Source of the DNA: Cyanidioschyzon merolae
Lineage: Eukaryota
Direction: 5' to 3' (one strand)
Assembly: GCA_000091205.1 (NCBI GenBank)
Contig: AP006499.2
DNA length: 64,000 bases
A program made the position numbers and the translations under genes. Each line of letters opens with the position of its first letter. Position 1 is the stretch's first letter. The notes beneath the pieces are model-generated. The model was not told where the DNA came from, searched no databases, and was given only the letters and a program-made list of their open reading frames with translations. Below are positions 53,951-64,000 of the stretch, piece by piece.

Positions 53951-56815
53951 ATGGCCGACGTTGAGTCGGGTAGCTCCTCATCCCATGATGGGAAGGAAGT
54001 GACCAGCGCAAACGGCTCCGCTGGGCAAACTGGTGACGCTAAACCTCTTCCCGAGGGCTTGGACAAGCGCTCGCTGTCCATGAGCATGCTGGAAACCGTT
54101 GACCTCGAAAAGGACGATCTGGATTATGTGATGGCATGTCTGAAGACCTCTCGTGAGGGGTTGAAACCCGACGTCGCAGCTCGTCGGTTGGCCAAGTTCG
54201 GTCCGAATGCGTTGCCGGAGAAGAAAGTGAATCCCATTCTTGAGTTCTTGATGTTTATGTGGAACCCTCTGAGCTGGGTGATGGAGGCCGCAGCGTTAGT
54301 CGCTATTTTCCTGACGATTCCTGGAGGCAAAACGCCAGACTGGGAGGACTTTGTGGGCATCCTTTTGCTTCTGCTGATTAACGCGACGATCGGTTTCATC
54401 GAGGAACGGAATGCAGGCAACGCTGTGAAAGCGCTCATGGATGCGCTGGCGCCACGAGCGAAAGTGCTGCGAGGGGGTGAGTGGATCGAGATCGAAGCCA
54501 AAGAGCTGGTTATCGGCGACATTGTCTCCCTGAAGCTCGGCGATATCGTCCCAGCCGACGCGCGCATCATGAGCGGCAAGGATATTAAAATAGATCAGGC
54601 AGCCTTGACCGGTGAGTCCCTTCCGGTTGGCAAAGAGAAAGGAGACATGATCTACTCGGGCTCAGTGGTCAAACAAGGAGAGTTCTTGGCCGTTGTTGTT
54701 GCAACCGGTATGAACACGTTTTTCGGAAAAGCAGCTCACTTGGTGAATCAGACTGAGAGTGTCTCGCATTTGATGCAAATCGTGTCGGCCATTGGCTTGT
54801 ACTGCATGGCCTGGATCGGAACTTTTGTGCTCCTGCTCATTGTCACCCAATGGCCGATACATCTAGAGAATTACCGACACGGAATCAACAATATCCTGGT
54901 GCTGTTGATCGGTGGTGTACCCATCGCGATGCCAGTTGTTCTCTCTGTCACGTTGGCGATCGGTGCACACGAACTTGCACAACACAAAGCTATTGTTACG
55001 CGCATGACTGCCGTGGAGGAGCTCGCGGGAATGACAATTCTCTGCTCGGACAAAACTGGTACCCTGACCCTGAACAAGCTCACGATTGACCAGGAAAGTT
55101 TCTTCACTATGGATGGATACACCGTGGATCAGGCTATGATCCTCGCATCGCGTGCTTCCAGAACAGAAAATCAGGATGCGATTGACTTTGCGGTCGTGAA
55201 CTCTTTGCCGGACCCCAAGATGGCCCGCGAAGGTATCGAGGAGCTGGACTTCCATCCTTTCAATCCTGTGGACAAGCGCACGGAAATCACATATCGGGAT
55301 AACAGCGATGGAAAGATCTACAAAGCTACGAAGGGAGCTCCACAAATCATCCTTGGTCTTGCACACAACAAGAACGAAATCGAAAAGGATGTTCATTATC
55401 ACATCGAAGATTTTGCGAAACGTGGTTTCCGCGCACTTGGTATTGCAGTCGCAGAGGTGCCGTCTGGCGAGCCGCACGGTGACCCTGGTCCGTGGACAAT
55501 GGTCGGTCTCATGCCGATCTTTGACCCGCCCCGACATGACACCAAGGAGACCATTGCTGAAGCTATTCGAATGGGTGTGGAAGTCAAGATGATCACTGGT
55601 GACCAGCTCGCTATCGCGAAAGAGACCGCTCGTCGCTTGGGAATGGGCACAAACATCTTCAATTGCGACGTTCTGAACTTCAGCGATCAGCGCGCTTCAA
55701 CGGAGCTCGGCGCCAGTGTGGGCGAGCTTGTCGAAAGCGCGGATGGCTTTGCTGGTGTCTTCCCAGAGCACAAGTACCGGATTGTGGAAGTGCTGCAGAA
55801 GCGTGGCCACATGGTCGGCATGACAGGTGACGGTGTCAATGACGCTCCTGCTCTGAAAAGGGCCTCGGTGGGTATTGCAGTAGCGGGTGCCACAGACGCG
55901 GCCCGCGGTGCATCGGATATTGTGCTCACGGAACCTGGTTTGAGCGTCATCATACACGCGATGGTCATGAGCCGCCAAATCTTCCAGCGTATGAAGAACT
56001 ATTCCATGTACGCGTGCTCAGTGACGGTGCGTATTGTCGTGACATTTGCGGTTCTGGTCTGGGCGTTCCGATTCAATATGCCGCCATTCATGGTTCTTAT
56101 TCTTGCATATCTCAACGACGGTACAATTATGACGATCAGCAAAGACCGAGTCAAGCCAAGTCCGATCCCGCAACGATGGAATCTGCGAGAGGTGTTCATC
56201 GTGGCGTCGTCGCTGGGGCTCTACCTCACAGCAAGCACCGTCATATTCTACGTTACGCTTTTCAAGACGCAGTTCTGGCATGATACCTTCAAACTGGAGC
56301 TGCCATGGCTGAAAACACCAAAGCCTGATCCAAACTATTTCCAGCTGCACTCCATCATATACCTGCAATGCAGTATCATCGGACAGGCTCTCATCTTTGT
56401 TACTCGTGCACACTGGTTCTTTTTCATGGATCGCCCCGGTCTATTGCTGATGTGTGCGTTCGTGGTTGCCCAGCTGGTTGCGACGTTCATCTGCGTATAC
56501 GCGAACTGGGGATTCACCCAGATCGAGGGAACAGGTTGGGGCTGGGCCGGTGTCGTTTGGGTATGGAATGTAGTCTGGTACGCTCCTATGGATCTCGTCA
56601 AGATCGGCGTACGCTCGATCATCACCGGCGACAAGACGGTCATCCATAAGCTTTTTGCAGCCAGGCGCATGTTCAGCTTTGACGCTTCTAAGCACGGACG
56701 CGAGGATCGCATGCCCAAGAGCAGCATTGAGGCTGCACAGGCTCGCGCTTCTGTGCATCGCTCGATGGAGGCCTATCGAGCGTCCTTGCAGAGGAACGTG
56801 AACTCTCTGGACTGA
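53951..56815 (+). CDS. PMA: Plasma-membrane H+-ATPase (P3A-type P-type ATPase), 954 aa.
   Basis: TGES (ALTGESLPV), phosphorylation site CSDKTGTLTLNKL, KGAP, MITGDQLAIAKETARRLG, MTGDGVNDAPALKRASVGIAVAGATDAARGASDIVLTEPGLSVI, and 10 predicted TM helices. ATG verified at 53951 (MADVESG…). The track start 53912 is GTG. Confidence 0.9.
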   Translation: MADVESGSSSSHDGKEVTSANGSAGQTGDAKPLPEGLDKRSLSMSMLETVDLEKDDLDYVMACLKTSREGLKPDVAARRLAKFGPNALPEKKVNPILEFLMFMWNPLSWVMEAAALVAIFLTIPGGKTPDWEDFVGILLLLLINATIGFIEERNAGNAVKALMDALAPRAKVLRGGEWIEIEAKELVIGDIVSLKLGDIVPADARIMSGKDIKIDQAALTGESLPVGKEKGDMIYSGSVVKQGEFLAVVVATGMNTFFGKAAHLVNQTESVSHLMQIVSAIGLYCMAWIGTFVLLLIVTQWPIHLENYRHGINNILVLLIGGVPIAMPVVLSVTLAIGAHELAQHKAIVTRMTAVEELAGMTILCSDKTGTLTLNKLTIDQESFFTMDGYTVDQAMILASRASRTENQDAIDFAVVNSLPDPKMAREGIEELDFHPFNPVDKRTEITYRDNSDGKIYKATKGAPQIILGLAHNKNEIEKDVHYHIEDFAKRGFRALGIAVAEVPSGEPHGDPGPWTMVGLMPIFDPPRHDTKETIAEAIRMGVEVKMITGDQLAIAKETARRLGMGTNIFNCDVLNFSDQRASTELGASVGELVESADGFAGVFPEHKYRIVEVLQKRGHMVGMTGDGVNDAPALKRASVGIAVAGATDAARGASDIVLTEPGLSVIIHAMVMSRQIFQRMKNYSMYACSVTVRIVVTFAVLVWAFRFNMPPFMVLILAYLNDGTIMTISKDRVKPSPIPQRWNLREVFIVASSLGLYLTASTVIFYVTLFKTQFWHDTFKLELPWLKTPKPDPNYFQLHSIIYLQCSIIGQALIFVTRAHWFFFMDRPGLLLMCAFVVAQLVATFICVYANWGFTQIEGTGWGWAGVVWVWNVVWYAPMDLVKIGVRSIITGDKTVIHKLFAARRMFSFDASKHGREDRMPKSSIEAAQARASVHRSMEAYRASLQRNVNSLD

Positions 56816-59637
56816 GAGGTTTCACTGGCGCCTTGCGCTTGGATGAAACCAAGCGTCTGCGTCTCTTGTAATTCTCATGGTGATGGAAACTTGAATTTCG
56901 TGATTCCTCTGAAAATGCGGCGGATTTAATGGAAAGATCATCGCGATTATAAACCCGATCTGAACGCAATATGGTTTTCTCGTGCTTCGCAGTATCCAGG
57001 GCGTCTTGTTTTCCAGCGCGCGCAGCGAAAGCGTCGAGACCAGTTTGCGTCGTGCATGAAATCAATCGCAAATAGGGGCACAGCTGCAGCACTATGCCGG
57101 GTAAGCGATCCCGTGTGCGATAGAAGCGACCATTTCCGTATCTCGACGGCTCACGGGGATGCTGCTGATGCGGATTTCGGATCGATGGGGATTCGGCTGT
57201 CGCACCGCATACGGCAATGGCGTCAGGGCAGGTATCGCAGGGCTTGTTCCTCTCGGTATGCGGAATTTGCCAGGTCCGTCTTTGTATCGTCAGTGAATTC
57301 TGGTATACCTGAACCAGCAAACGGGTTTCGTTTTGATTGTCTTTTCACTGGAATTCAGGAAAAAGAATGTATTTTGTAGATTAGAGAAAAGTCGCGGAAA
57401 TACTTGATGACGTAACTGCCAGCGTGCGTGAAATACGACGTTGCCTGTACGGGTCAGTCATTCTGCGTTCAACAGGTGGATGTATCACGCTTCGCGTCGT
57501 GTTCTTCCTGAACGCCGTGCACCGAAAACAGAGCGTATGAAATGTTATATGCACAATTTTCTCTGTGTCAATCCATTTTATTTCATACGTTCTCTAAGAA
57601 CTAGTCTCAAAAAGCTGTTGAATGGAATTTTTATGGTCCGTCGATAAGAACGGCGGTGAAGCGACGCGAATCGACAACCTCTAAAGCACGCTTCTCTGAG
57701 GGAGCAACGCGCGGTGAACATTGCACTATCGATTTCGTTGTGAGAAGCGAATACCGGCAACGGTAGGGTCGGGTTTTCGTCTGACTCGAAGAGGCTTTAT
57801 GCTGAAGAAATCGGAGATTTGGATATGGGCACTTGTAGAACGGCAAACCGCTGCTCGTAAACAAGAGACGAGCGAGCATTCCGTAAACATCAGGCCAAGC
57901 GGCGAGTCCATGGTGTGTTCACCAACGAATCGCCAACTGGACAGGATCCTTCATTACATCATCCATCGTTGAAGCACTCTGAGAATTCTCCATCCCAGAT
58001 TCTTCCGTCTTGCTCGTAGACAACGTCGCTTTCCGTCGTTCGAAAGCGGTCAAGTAGAACGCGGCTGAGGTTCGTGTTGAGCGGTTTCCGTACCTGGATT
58101 CTCTGCGCGGCTCTATCGCGTCGAAGGCACCTCGCTGTTGTCAAACGCCTTGTCCACGTCTACGAGTCCATGGACAAGTCGTTTCGCATCCGGTACTCCG
58201 AAAGACTCAGGACGCCTCTAGGGTGCGCCTGGCTTCGAGCTCGATGAAGTCTCGTATAGCTTCTCTCGTGTTGACGCAAATCGTCAAGTAACAGCTCGTA
58301 CCAGTTCTGGACACCGGGCTACTAGCTGTCCATGCTCCTGTGGAATATTTCGGTCAAACTTTTTTCTGTGAAACAGCACGACCGACGCTCGCGACGGAGG
58401 ATGCAATACGGTCTGATAGCAGGATCAGGGATTGCCACACACGATTCCCAGGATATCCTGACGCGTCGCTGCGCTACGTCGACGATGGGAACGTCTATCA
58501 TGCCAATGACCGCAAGCATCGAAACGAACCTCCAGAACCAGATGCGGGTCAATCTCGAGCGCTTCATGAGGCGCATCCCGCTGGCGTTGCTCCCGTTATA
58601 CGCTCACTCTACTGGCCCGGAATATTCGGGGCCGATGGAGTGGATTCTTCGCTTCAGTGAGTACATGAGCGTCCATGTGACTTGAGCGGTCGATCTTTGG
58701 CAGAAGTACATGAGATCGTGCTAGTGCCATCGACGGTTTCGGGTGTACGGAGGCAAGATACATGCTTTCGCCAACTTGTTCAGTGAGTTGAAAACGTACA
58801 CAACAGACAACTCGTGTCGTTTGGTGAAGGTAGCTCGCGTTGCTGGGCATGCTTTAGCGGTGTAGGGATGCAATCCGGGTCCGTCGACGAAAACGTATTA
58901 CGAGTACTGGACTCGATGCTGCACGATTCCCATCAATACGATCACGACGACATACACGAATCACGAGCACGGTAGCACGGTAAAATACATGTGGAAGAAG
59001 AGAGGGAAACGGAGCTGGATGCCCTATATGATGTACGGTAAGGTGCCCGAAAGATAGATGACGAGGCAATCGCAGGCGGGAGGCTTGCGATGGTCTGACT
59101 CCACGAGCAGCGGTGCGCGCGACCACCTTCTGCACCAAGACTTGGGCGCCGCGTTCAACATCCGAAAATTTCTCGTGCTTCTGAACCGTCCAGCTGTTTT
59201 GCACGAAACGAATTGTCAAGAGAATTCTTTAGTACCCAGTGTGGGCATTGTGCTGAAACGCTGACGATTCTCTAAGAAAAAATCAGAGCGCAGGAAAGAG
59301 CGAATTGAAGTTTCCAGCTCATCAAGGCACTGATGTGGAACTTTACAGCAATCCAGGAATGCTGCAACACCGTATATCTACATCGACAACTCTATTCCTC
59401 TGTGAATGGGGATTTATGACGGTGTTCCATGAATCGGTACCATGGAGGATATTCATCGTGCCTGGCGATGACCACGGGACCCCGGTTCAGCGCACTACGC
59501 GTGTCGCGCGAGATGCGGACAGCGCACCCATGCCCTGGATCCGACCGATACCATAAAGGACAAAAAGGACACAACATCTCGAAGCACGCATGCCCATCGT
59601 CAGAGACGCGTGTCTAGTTCGAAACGTGCATCTACTT

Positions 59638-59692
59638 TGTATCTGTGTGTCTTCGTGTTTGTATTTGTGTCTGTGTCTGTGTCTGTGTGTGT
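59638..59692. repeat. Imperfect (TG)n/(TCTG)n microsatellite in the 3' flank of the DUF89 gene.
   Basis: gtgtgtcttcgtgtttgtatttgtgtctgtgtctgtgtctgtgtgtgtcg. Confidence 0.85.
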
Positions 59693-59753
59693 CGTTCGCT
59701 CGCTCGAGCGCTCACCGGCAGGACGTGCATGCTTGAGGTAGGCCCCAGTTCCA

Positions 59754-61073
59754 CTACAACGTATCGCGGGCGTCGGATTGGCGCTGAGCAAAGAACTGTA
59801 CCAACGCCCAACGTCCGTTAACCATCCATTTGGGATCCTCACATGCGGCACGCATTGCTGCCTCCGCAGGAATGCCGCAACCAAGCTCGGCTTTGAGCGC
59901 TCGGAGTGCGCAGATTGCGCTGGGCCAATACGATACTACATCTGAAAACGGAGTGCTCAGCGGCCAGGCGCGATCACCCAAAAGCCGTCTGTAATTTGCA
60001 TCGCCTTTGACGAAAACGAGCACTTCTTGCCTGATACAGTCCCAGAGTGGATCATCCATTTCCCAGAATGCTTGCGGCTGCGCCCAGAAGAGATCATCGC
60101 GACAGCGCCAGGATCCATCACCCAGATACCGGGCCCAGCGCGACGCCAAGCGCTGCAGAGGCATATCTCTGGGCATGTCACCGAGGACCTGCACCATCGT
60201 GTGCAAATCTGTGGCTGTTGCATCCGACACGAACGTCGGATGGCCTTTGGTGTGAAATACGACACGCTCAGCGATGCCGCTGTGCACGAGATAGTCCGCG
60301 AGTAGGAGATCGGAGAATAGTTCCATGCCGGCATTGTCCACGATAATTCCTATTTCGGCAATCGGCATACTCGCCGCGACATACTCCCAAAGCCGCTCAC
60401 CATCGTCGACGAGTAGACGGACACCGGTCTCGGTATCGACGGCAGGGGTTTCGCCGCCCACCGGCCACAGCGACAAATCCATCCGATTCCCGTTCAGAGC
60501 GATCTGAACAAAGTGAGTGAACCAGTGTTTTCGCTCCGTGCTTCTGCGCAGAGGCGTCTGTAGAAGCGGAAGCACCCGAGACGCCCATTCATCCATGGTC
60601 TTGGTATTGGCGCTCACCCCCAGCTCCTTCTGTTTTCGGAATGGGTCCAGTTTTGTTGAGAAGTACTCGACGGCTTCCATGACTCGACGATAAAAGTAAA
60701 ACTCTGCGATACACCAGGGGCTTGAAAGCCAGTTGCAGTCGTGAAACCGTTCCAGAATCCGACGGTTCCAAGTGAAGAGGTCCGGTGCTGGGCCGCCTCC
60801 TGGCGGCGGCTCTTCGAGAGGACGCAGCCGATGCGCTGTTGGCTCAGCGAGCTCGCGATCAAGTTGCTTGAGTCGGTCAAGAACAGCGCCAGAGAAAAAC
60901 GTGTTCTCGCGGAAAATCCGTGCGAGAATTTCCTCCCGAATCCGCCTCGACATGGTATCGTGAGCCCAGGTGCCCGGCTCGGTTGCAGTTAGCAACGGCG
61001 GCAGCGGACGGTGCCGAGGACCTCGCGGCGGGTCCTCCACAAATAACTCTGGTAAAGATTTTATGTTTGACAT
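59754..61073 (-). CDS. DUF89 / ARMT1 (damage-control phosphatase)-family protein.
   Basis: DUF89 family blocks: IVDNAGMELFSDLLLADYLVHSGIAERVVFHTKGHPTFVSDATATDLHTMV; …VFVKGDANYRRLLGDRAW…; …FALRALKAEL…. ATG verified at 61073 (MSNIKSLPELF…). The 61151 start is GTG. Confidence 0.65.
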   Translation of the reverse strand: MSNIKSLPELFVEDPPRGPRHRPLPPLLTATEPGTWAHDTMSRRIREEILARIFRENTFFSGAVLDRLKQLDRELAEPTAHRLRPLEEPPPGGGPAPDLFTWNRRILERFHDCNWLSSPWCIAEFYFYRRVMEAVEYFSTKLDPFRKQKELGVSANTKTMDEWASRVLPLLQTPLRRSTERKHWFTHFVQIALNGNRMDLSLWPVGGETPAVDTETGVRLLVDDGERLWEYVAASMPIAEIGIIVDNAGMELFSDLLLADYLVHSGIAERVVFHTKGHPTFVSDATATDLHTMVQVLGDMPRDMPLQRLASRWARYLGDGSWRCRDDLFWAQPQAFWEMDDPLWDCIRQEVLVFVKGDANYRRLLGDRAWPLSTPFSDVVSYWPSAICALRALKAELGCGIPAEAAMRAACEDPKWMVNGRWALVQFFAQRQSDARDTL

Positions 61074-61928
61074 ATGTTGGCGTGACGAGGCGCTTGCAAG
61101 CGCTAGCCCACGTCGTGCCTCTGTCCGATCGAGAGGCAGCGTATGCTTCACAATTCAAGTCCAGTCTTCCCGGTGACTGCGCCGCGCTCCCCAAGGTTTA
61201 CCCCTTTCAAGGGTTTAGGAACGATGAAACGAATCGAACACTACTGAAGGCGTGACTGCTGCAGCTACCCAGCGACGCGTCCGGCATTCCCGCTACCGCC
61301 AAGCGCAAGCATCTGGTTTCTACGAACTTTGGTATGAAAAGCGTCCGCAGCGCCGCGGCGCATCCTGTGCGCCGGTCGCGCTCGAAGCGCCTCTGAGGCG
61401 CAGCTCGTACGCGTGCCGATCAACTTTGTGCCATCGGGTATGCCTGCTTCGTGTTCACCATGGTATACGAGTCTTGCCATCTAGGCGGGCGGTCCCGCGA
61501 GCTGGACGAGTCGGCCGGGCTTGCGCCCCATGCGCCTCTCCAGTGCCGGGTACCGTGGTGAGATCTGAGCAGCTCGTCCGCTCCCCGTCCGTTCGGGACT
61601 ATGAATGGAAAGGCGGTGTCTTGGCGATGCTCTGGTCGCAGAAGCGTCCTAGCGTATCGCTTCGCGCCGCTGCAGGCAGTAGGTCTTTCTGCACAGACTG
61701 CAGGCTCCCAGAAATATGATGGATCCCGATACTGTGACTGGTTAACCGCACCTTGAGCCGACGCCCTCCGTGGTACAGCAAAGCTGTTCTGTCTCCGTGT
61801 TCCACATGCACACCAGCGATATAGGCGCTATGGCGGCGGGCTGAAAGCAGGCACTCGGTGCATGATGGAACGTACAAAACGACCAGTGCACCAGAGAGCA
61901 AGTATGGGTCACGGAAACTGGAGGTGGC

Positions 61929-63644
61929 ATGTATCATGATAGGAACTTTTCCGATTGCGGATATCCATCGCACAATCCGCGATCTATGGTCCATGTAAAC
62001 GTTCTGTCAAACCAGAAAAAATGGTATACGAGACGGGTGCAACCTCCGATCCCGCCCTGTCCCCTGGGAAAGTCGAGGCACTGCGTCCAAATCCCAAAGA
62101 GCGGATGCACGCGCGCATCCGCATCATCCAGGAAGCCAGCCTCGTTCAATATAGAGACCGTAGTCCATGGGAGAACTCGAGGCATTGCAACTTCCGCTAG
62201 AGGGCGCGTATCGACGCCTACGGCCTTGAAGCGAGCCGTTGATCGCAACATGTTTCTCAAACCGTTGCTTTTGGATCGCTTGCAAGTTCCTTGTTCACGA
62301 AGGCCGATTTCCACAACTGCACAGCGTGGCAGTGGCAAACGCTGCTCGGGCGTTGCAACAGGCTACGATTTCGCGCGACGCAAACGAACGTTTGCCTCGC
62401 GGCTATCTCATACCGTTTGTCTGCAGGCTCGCGCTGGTAACGTTTGGACTCGGCTCGTGCAGCTCGCAGATCTCGAGTCCGGGAGAGTCGCTCCTGGAAA
62501 AGCCCTGTTCTGGAAACAGCTATGTGACGTCGTCGAAAGCGAGTCGCGTGATCTCGACTTGCGATCGCTTTCGCGAGACCACGACGCTGAAGCACATCTC
62601 ACGGACGAATGGACTATCACAGTGCTTGGAAACTCGACTCAAGCACCAAGCAATAACGGAAAGGAAGCGGAGAGGCTTGACGGTACGGCGGCCGGATGGG
62701 CGCTTCACGCGCTCTTCCACCTGCTGAGCGCATCGTTCCACTGGGATGTCAGTCGCCTGCGGTTGCTCGCACCGTCAGCGCTCGAGATGAATGTGCTGCT
62801 GTGGCGTCGCGAAAGTAGCATGTCCTGGGACGATGCCCTGCAACAAATCCGCAACCAATGGCGGATCCAGAGATGTGCGCATCCGCAAATATCGATGGTC
62901 GTGCAACGAGAGGGACCGGATCGTCGCTACAAGCGACTTGCGATATTCGATCTCGACTCAACACTGATCCAGAATGAGTCTATTGACGAGCTCGCACGAA
63001 TCGCTGGCGTGGAGGACGCGGTTGCTCGCATCACCGAGCAGGCCATGCGAGGCGAGCTAGACTTTGCCGCTGCATTCCGCCAGCGTGTGGCGTTGTTGAC
63101 GGGTCTCGAGGCTGGTGCTGCGATGCGAGCGGTTCGTGCGCGCCTACAGCTGACACCTGGTGCGCTTCGTCTTGTTCGTGTGCTCCGCACGCTCGGTACC
63201 AGAGTGGTGATTGCTTCGGGAGGCTTTCAGCTTCTTGCCGAGTCCATTCGAGAGCAGCTCGCCGCGGATAAAGTGGTGGCAAATGAGTTGGAAATCGATC
63301 CGATCACCGGAGCTGTTACTGGTCGTGTAAACGGCCCTGTTGTCGATGGCGCTGTCAAGCTATCGACGTTGGAGGCGGAATGGCGACGGCTTCAAATCGG
63401 TTGCGCGTCTCCAACCGGGCGACTCGCACACACCATGGCAGTTGGAGACGGTGCCAACGACTTGCCGATGATTCGACGGGCCTCGCTGGGGATTGCTTTT
63501 CAGGCGAAGCCCCTGGTGCAAGATGCAGCTGATGCTTGTATCAACACTGCGCGCATCGATACGGTGCTGTACCTGTTAGGTTTATCGGAGCGCGAAATTT
63601 GTGAATTAGCAGGTGCGCAGGATACCCAGAGCGCTTGTTCCTAG
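61929..63644 (+). CDS. PSP: Phosphoserine phosphatase (SerB, HAD superfamily) with a long N-terminal extension of 230-340 aa.
   Basis: HAD motif I LAIFDLDSTLIQNESIDELA. …AMRGELDFAAAFRQRVALLTG…VVIASGGFQLL…. Motif IV AVGDGANDLPMIRRASLGIAF. ATGs verified at 61929 and at 62250 (MFLKPLLLDRLQVPCSRRPIS…, presequence-like). Confidence 0.75.
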   Translation: MYHDRNFSDCGYPSHNPRSMVHVNVLSNQKKWYTRRVQPPIPPCPLGKSRHCVQIPKSGCTRASASSRKPASFNIETVVHGRTRGIATSARGRVSTPTALKRAVDRNMFLKPLLLDRLQVPCSRRPISTTAQRGSGKRCSGVATGYDFARRKRTFASRLSHTVCLQARAGNVWTRLVQLADLESGRVAPGKALFWKQLCDVVESESRDLDLRSLSRDHDAEAHLTDEWTITVLGNSTQAPSNNGKEAERLDGTAAGWALHALFHLLSASFHWDVSRLRLLAPSALEMNVLLWRRESSMSWDDALQQIRNQWRIQRCAHPQISMVVQREGPDRRYKRLAIFDLDSTLIQNESIDELARIAGVEDAVARITEQAMRGELDFAAAFRQRVALLTGLEAGAAMRAVRARLQLTPGALRLVRVLRTLGTRVVIASGGFQLLAESIREQLAADKVVANELEIDPITGAVTGRVNGPVVDGAVKLSTLEAEWRRLQIGCASPTGRLAHTMAVGDGANDLPMIRRASLGIAFQAKPLVQDAADACINTARIDTVLYLLGLSEREICELAGAQDTQSACS

Positions 63645-64000
63645 CGGTCCGCTCGTGTCGGGCCCGCTGAGAAGCGACTCGATAGCAACTGCGCTATTCG
63701 TGGACCCTGAGTATGCAATCGTTCGAAATCCGATGCATGGCAGAGGACGCACAGCATGCATACGGAACGGCAGCAGCGATCGTTCTTCCATGAAGACGCT
63801 TGACCCGGAATCCTGGAGTGGCTAGGCGCTGGTCCTTGGTCCCTGATCTTGTAGCTTCTGCTGAGCCTGTGGGATATCCTCGATGCTCCGTGGAAAGCAA
63901 CATGCATTCGATACCTTGGCATTCGTCTCCGGGGCGTTGTTGCGCGTGCTCTGCAAGTGAGCGGTATGCTGTTATCCAAGCAGCGACGCTGCAATATACG

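Overview
This reads as a GC-rich (about 55-58%), intron-poor eukaryotic nuclear region. About 18 protein genes were recognised, on both strands, each contiguous with its homologs. Intergenic spacers run 0.2-3.9 kb.

Recognised genes: a partial coiled-coil protein, diaminopimelate epimerase, an EngB-type GTPase, a BEM46/ABHD13 hydrolase, plastid-type dihydrolipoamide dehydrogenase, condensin CAP-D2, V-ATPase subunit F, a 1144-aa unassigned protein, a possible KIX-like protein, DNAJC9, a long-HPF/PSRP1 ribosome hibernation factor, a Cdc20/Cdh1 APC/C activator, NSF, two tandem GT61-like glycosyltransferases, a plasma-membrane H+-ATPase, a DUF89/ARMT1 protein and phosphoserine phosphatase.

Several organelle-type proteins (DapF, EngB, LPD, PSRP1, PSP) carry N-terminal extensions with Phe at position 2-3 (MFC.., MVF.., MFL..). 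Together with plastid-type LPD and PSRP1, this suggests a plastid-bearing lineage with Phe-dependent transit peptides, possibly red-alga-like; this is an inference only.

Non-genic structure: three minisatellite arrays with unit lengths that are multiples of three (84, 108, 90 bp). The 90-bp array reiterates the C-terminal IR-tail codons plus stop of the Cdc20/Cdh1 gene. A GCACGCATGCGC / GCATGC-rich motif recurs upstream of several genes.

Most notable: a dispersed repeat family (3 copies) encodes the C-terminal RuvC-III signature 'RDxNAAxNI' of a TnpB/Fanzor-like nuclease. One copy sits 166 bp downstream, same strand, of a decayed Tc1/mariner-type DD34E transposase.

Caveat: the supplied ORF track uses bacterial-style starts (GTG etc. 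shown as M). Starts below were re-checked for ATG where stated.
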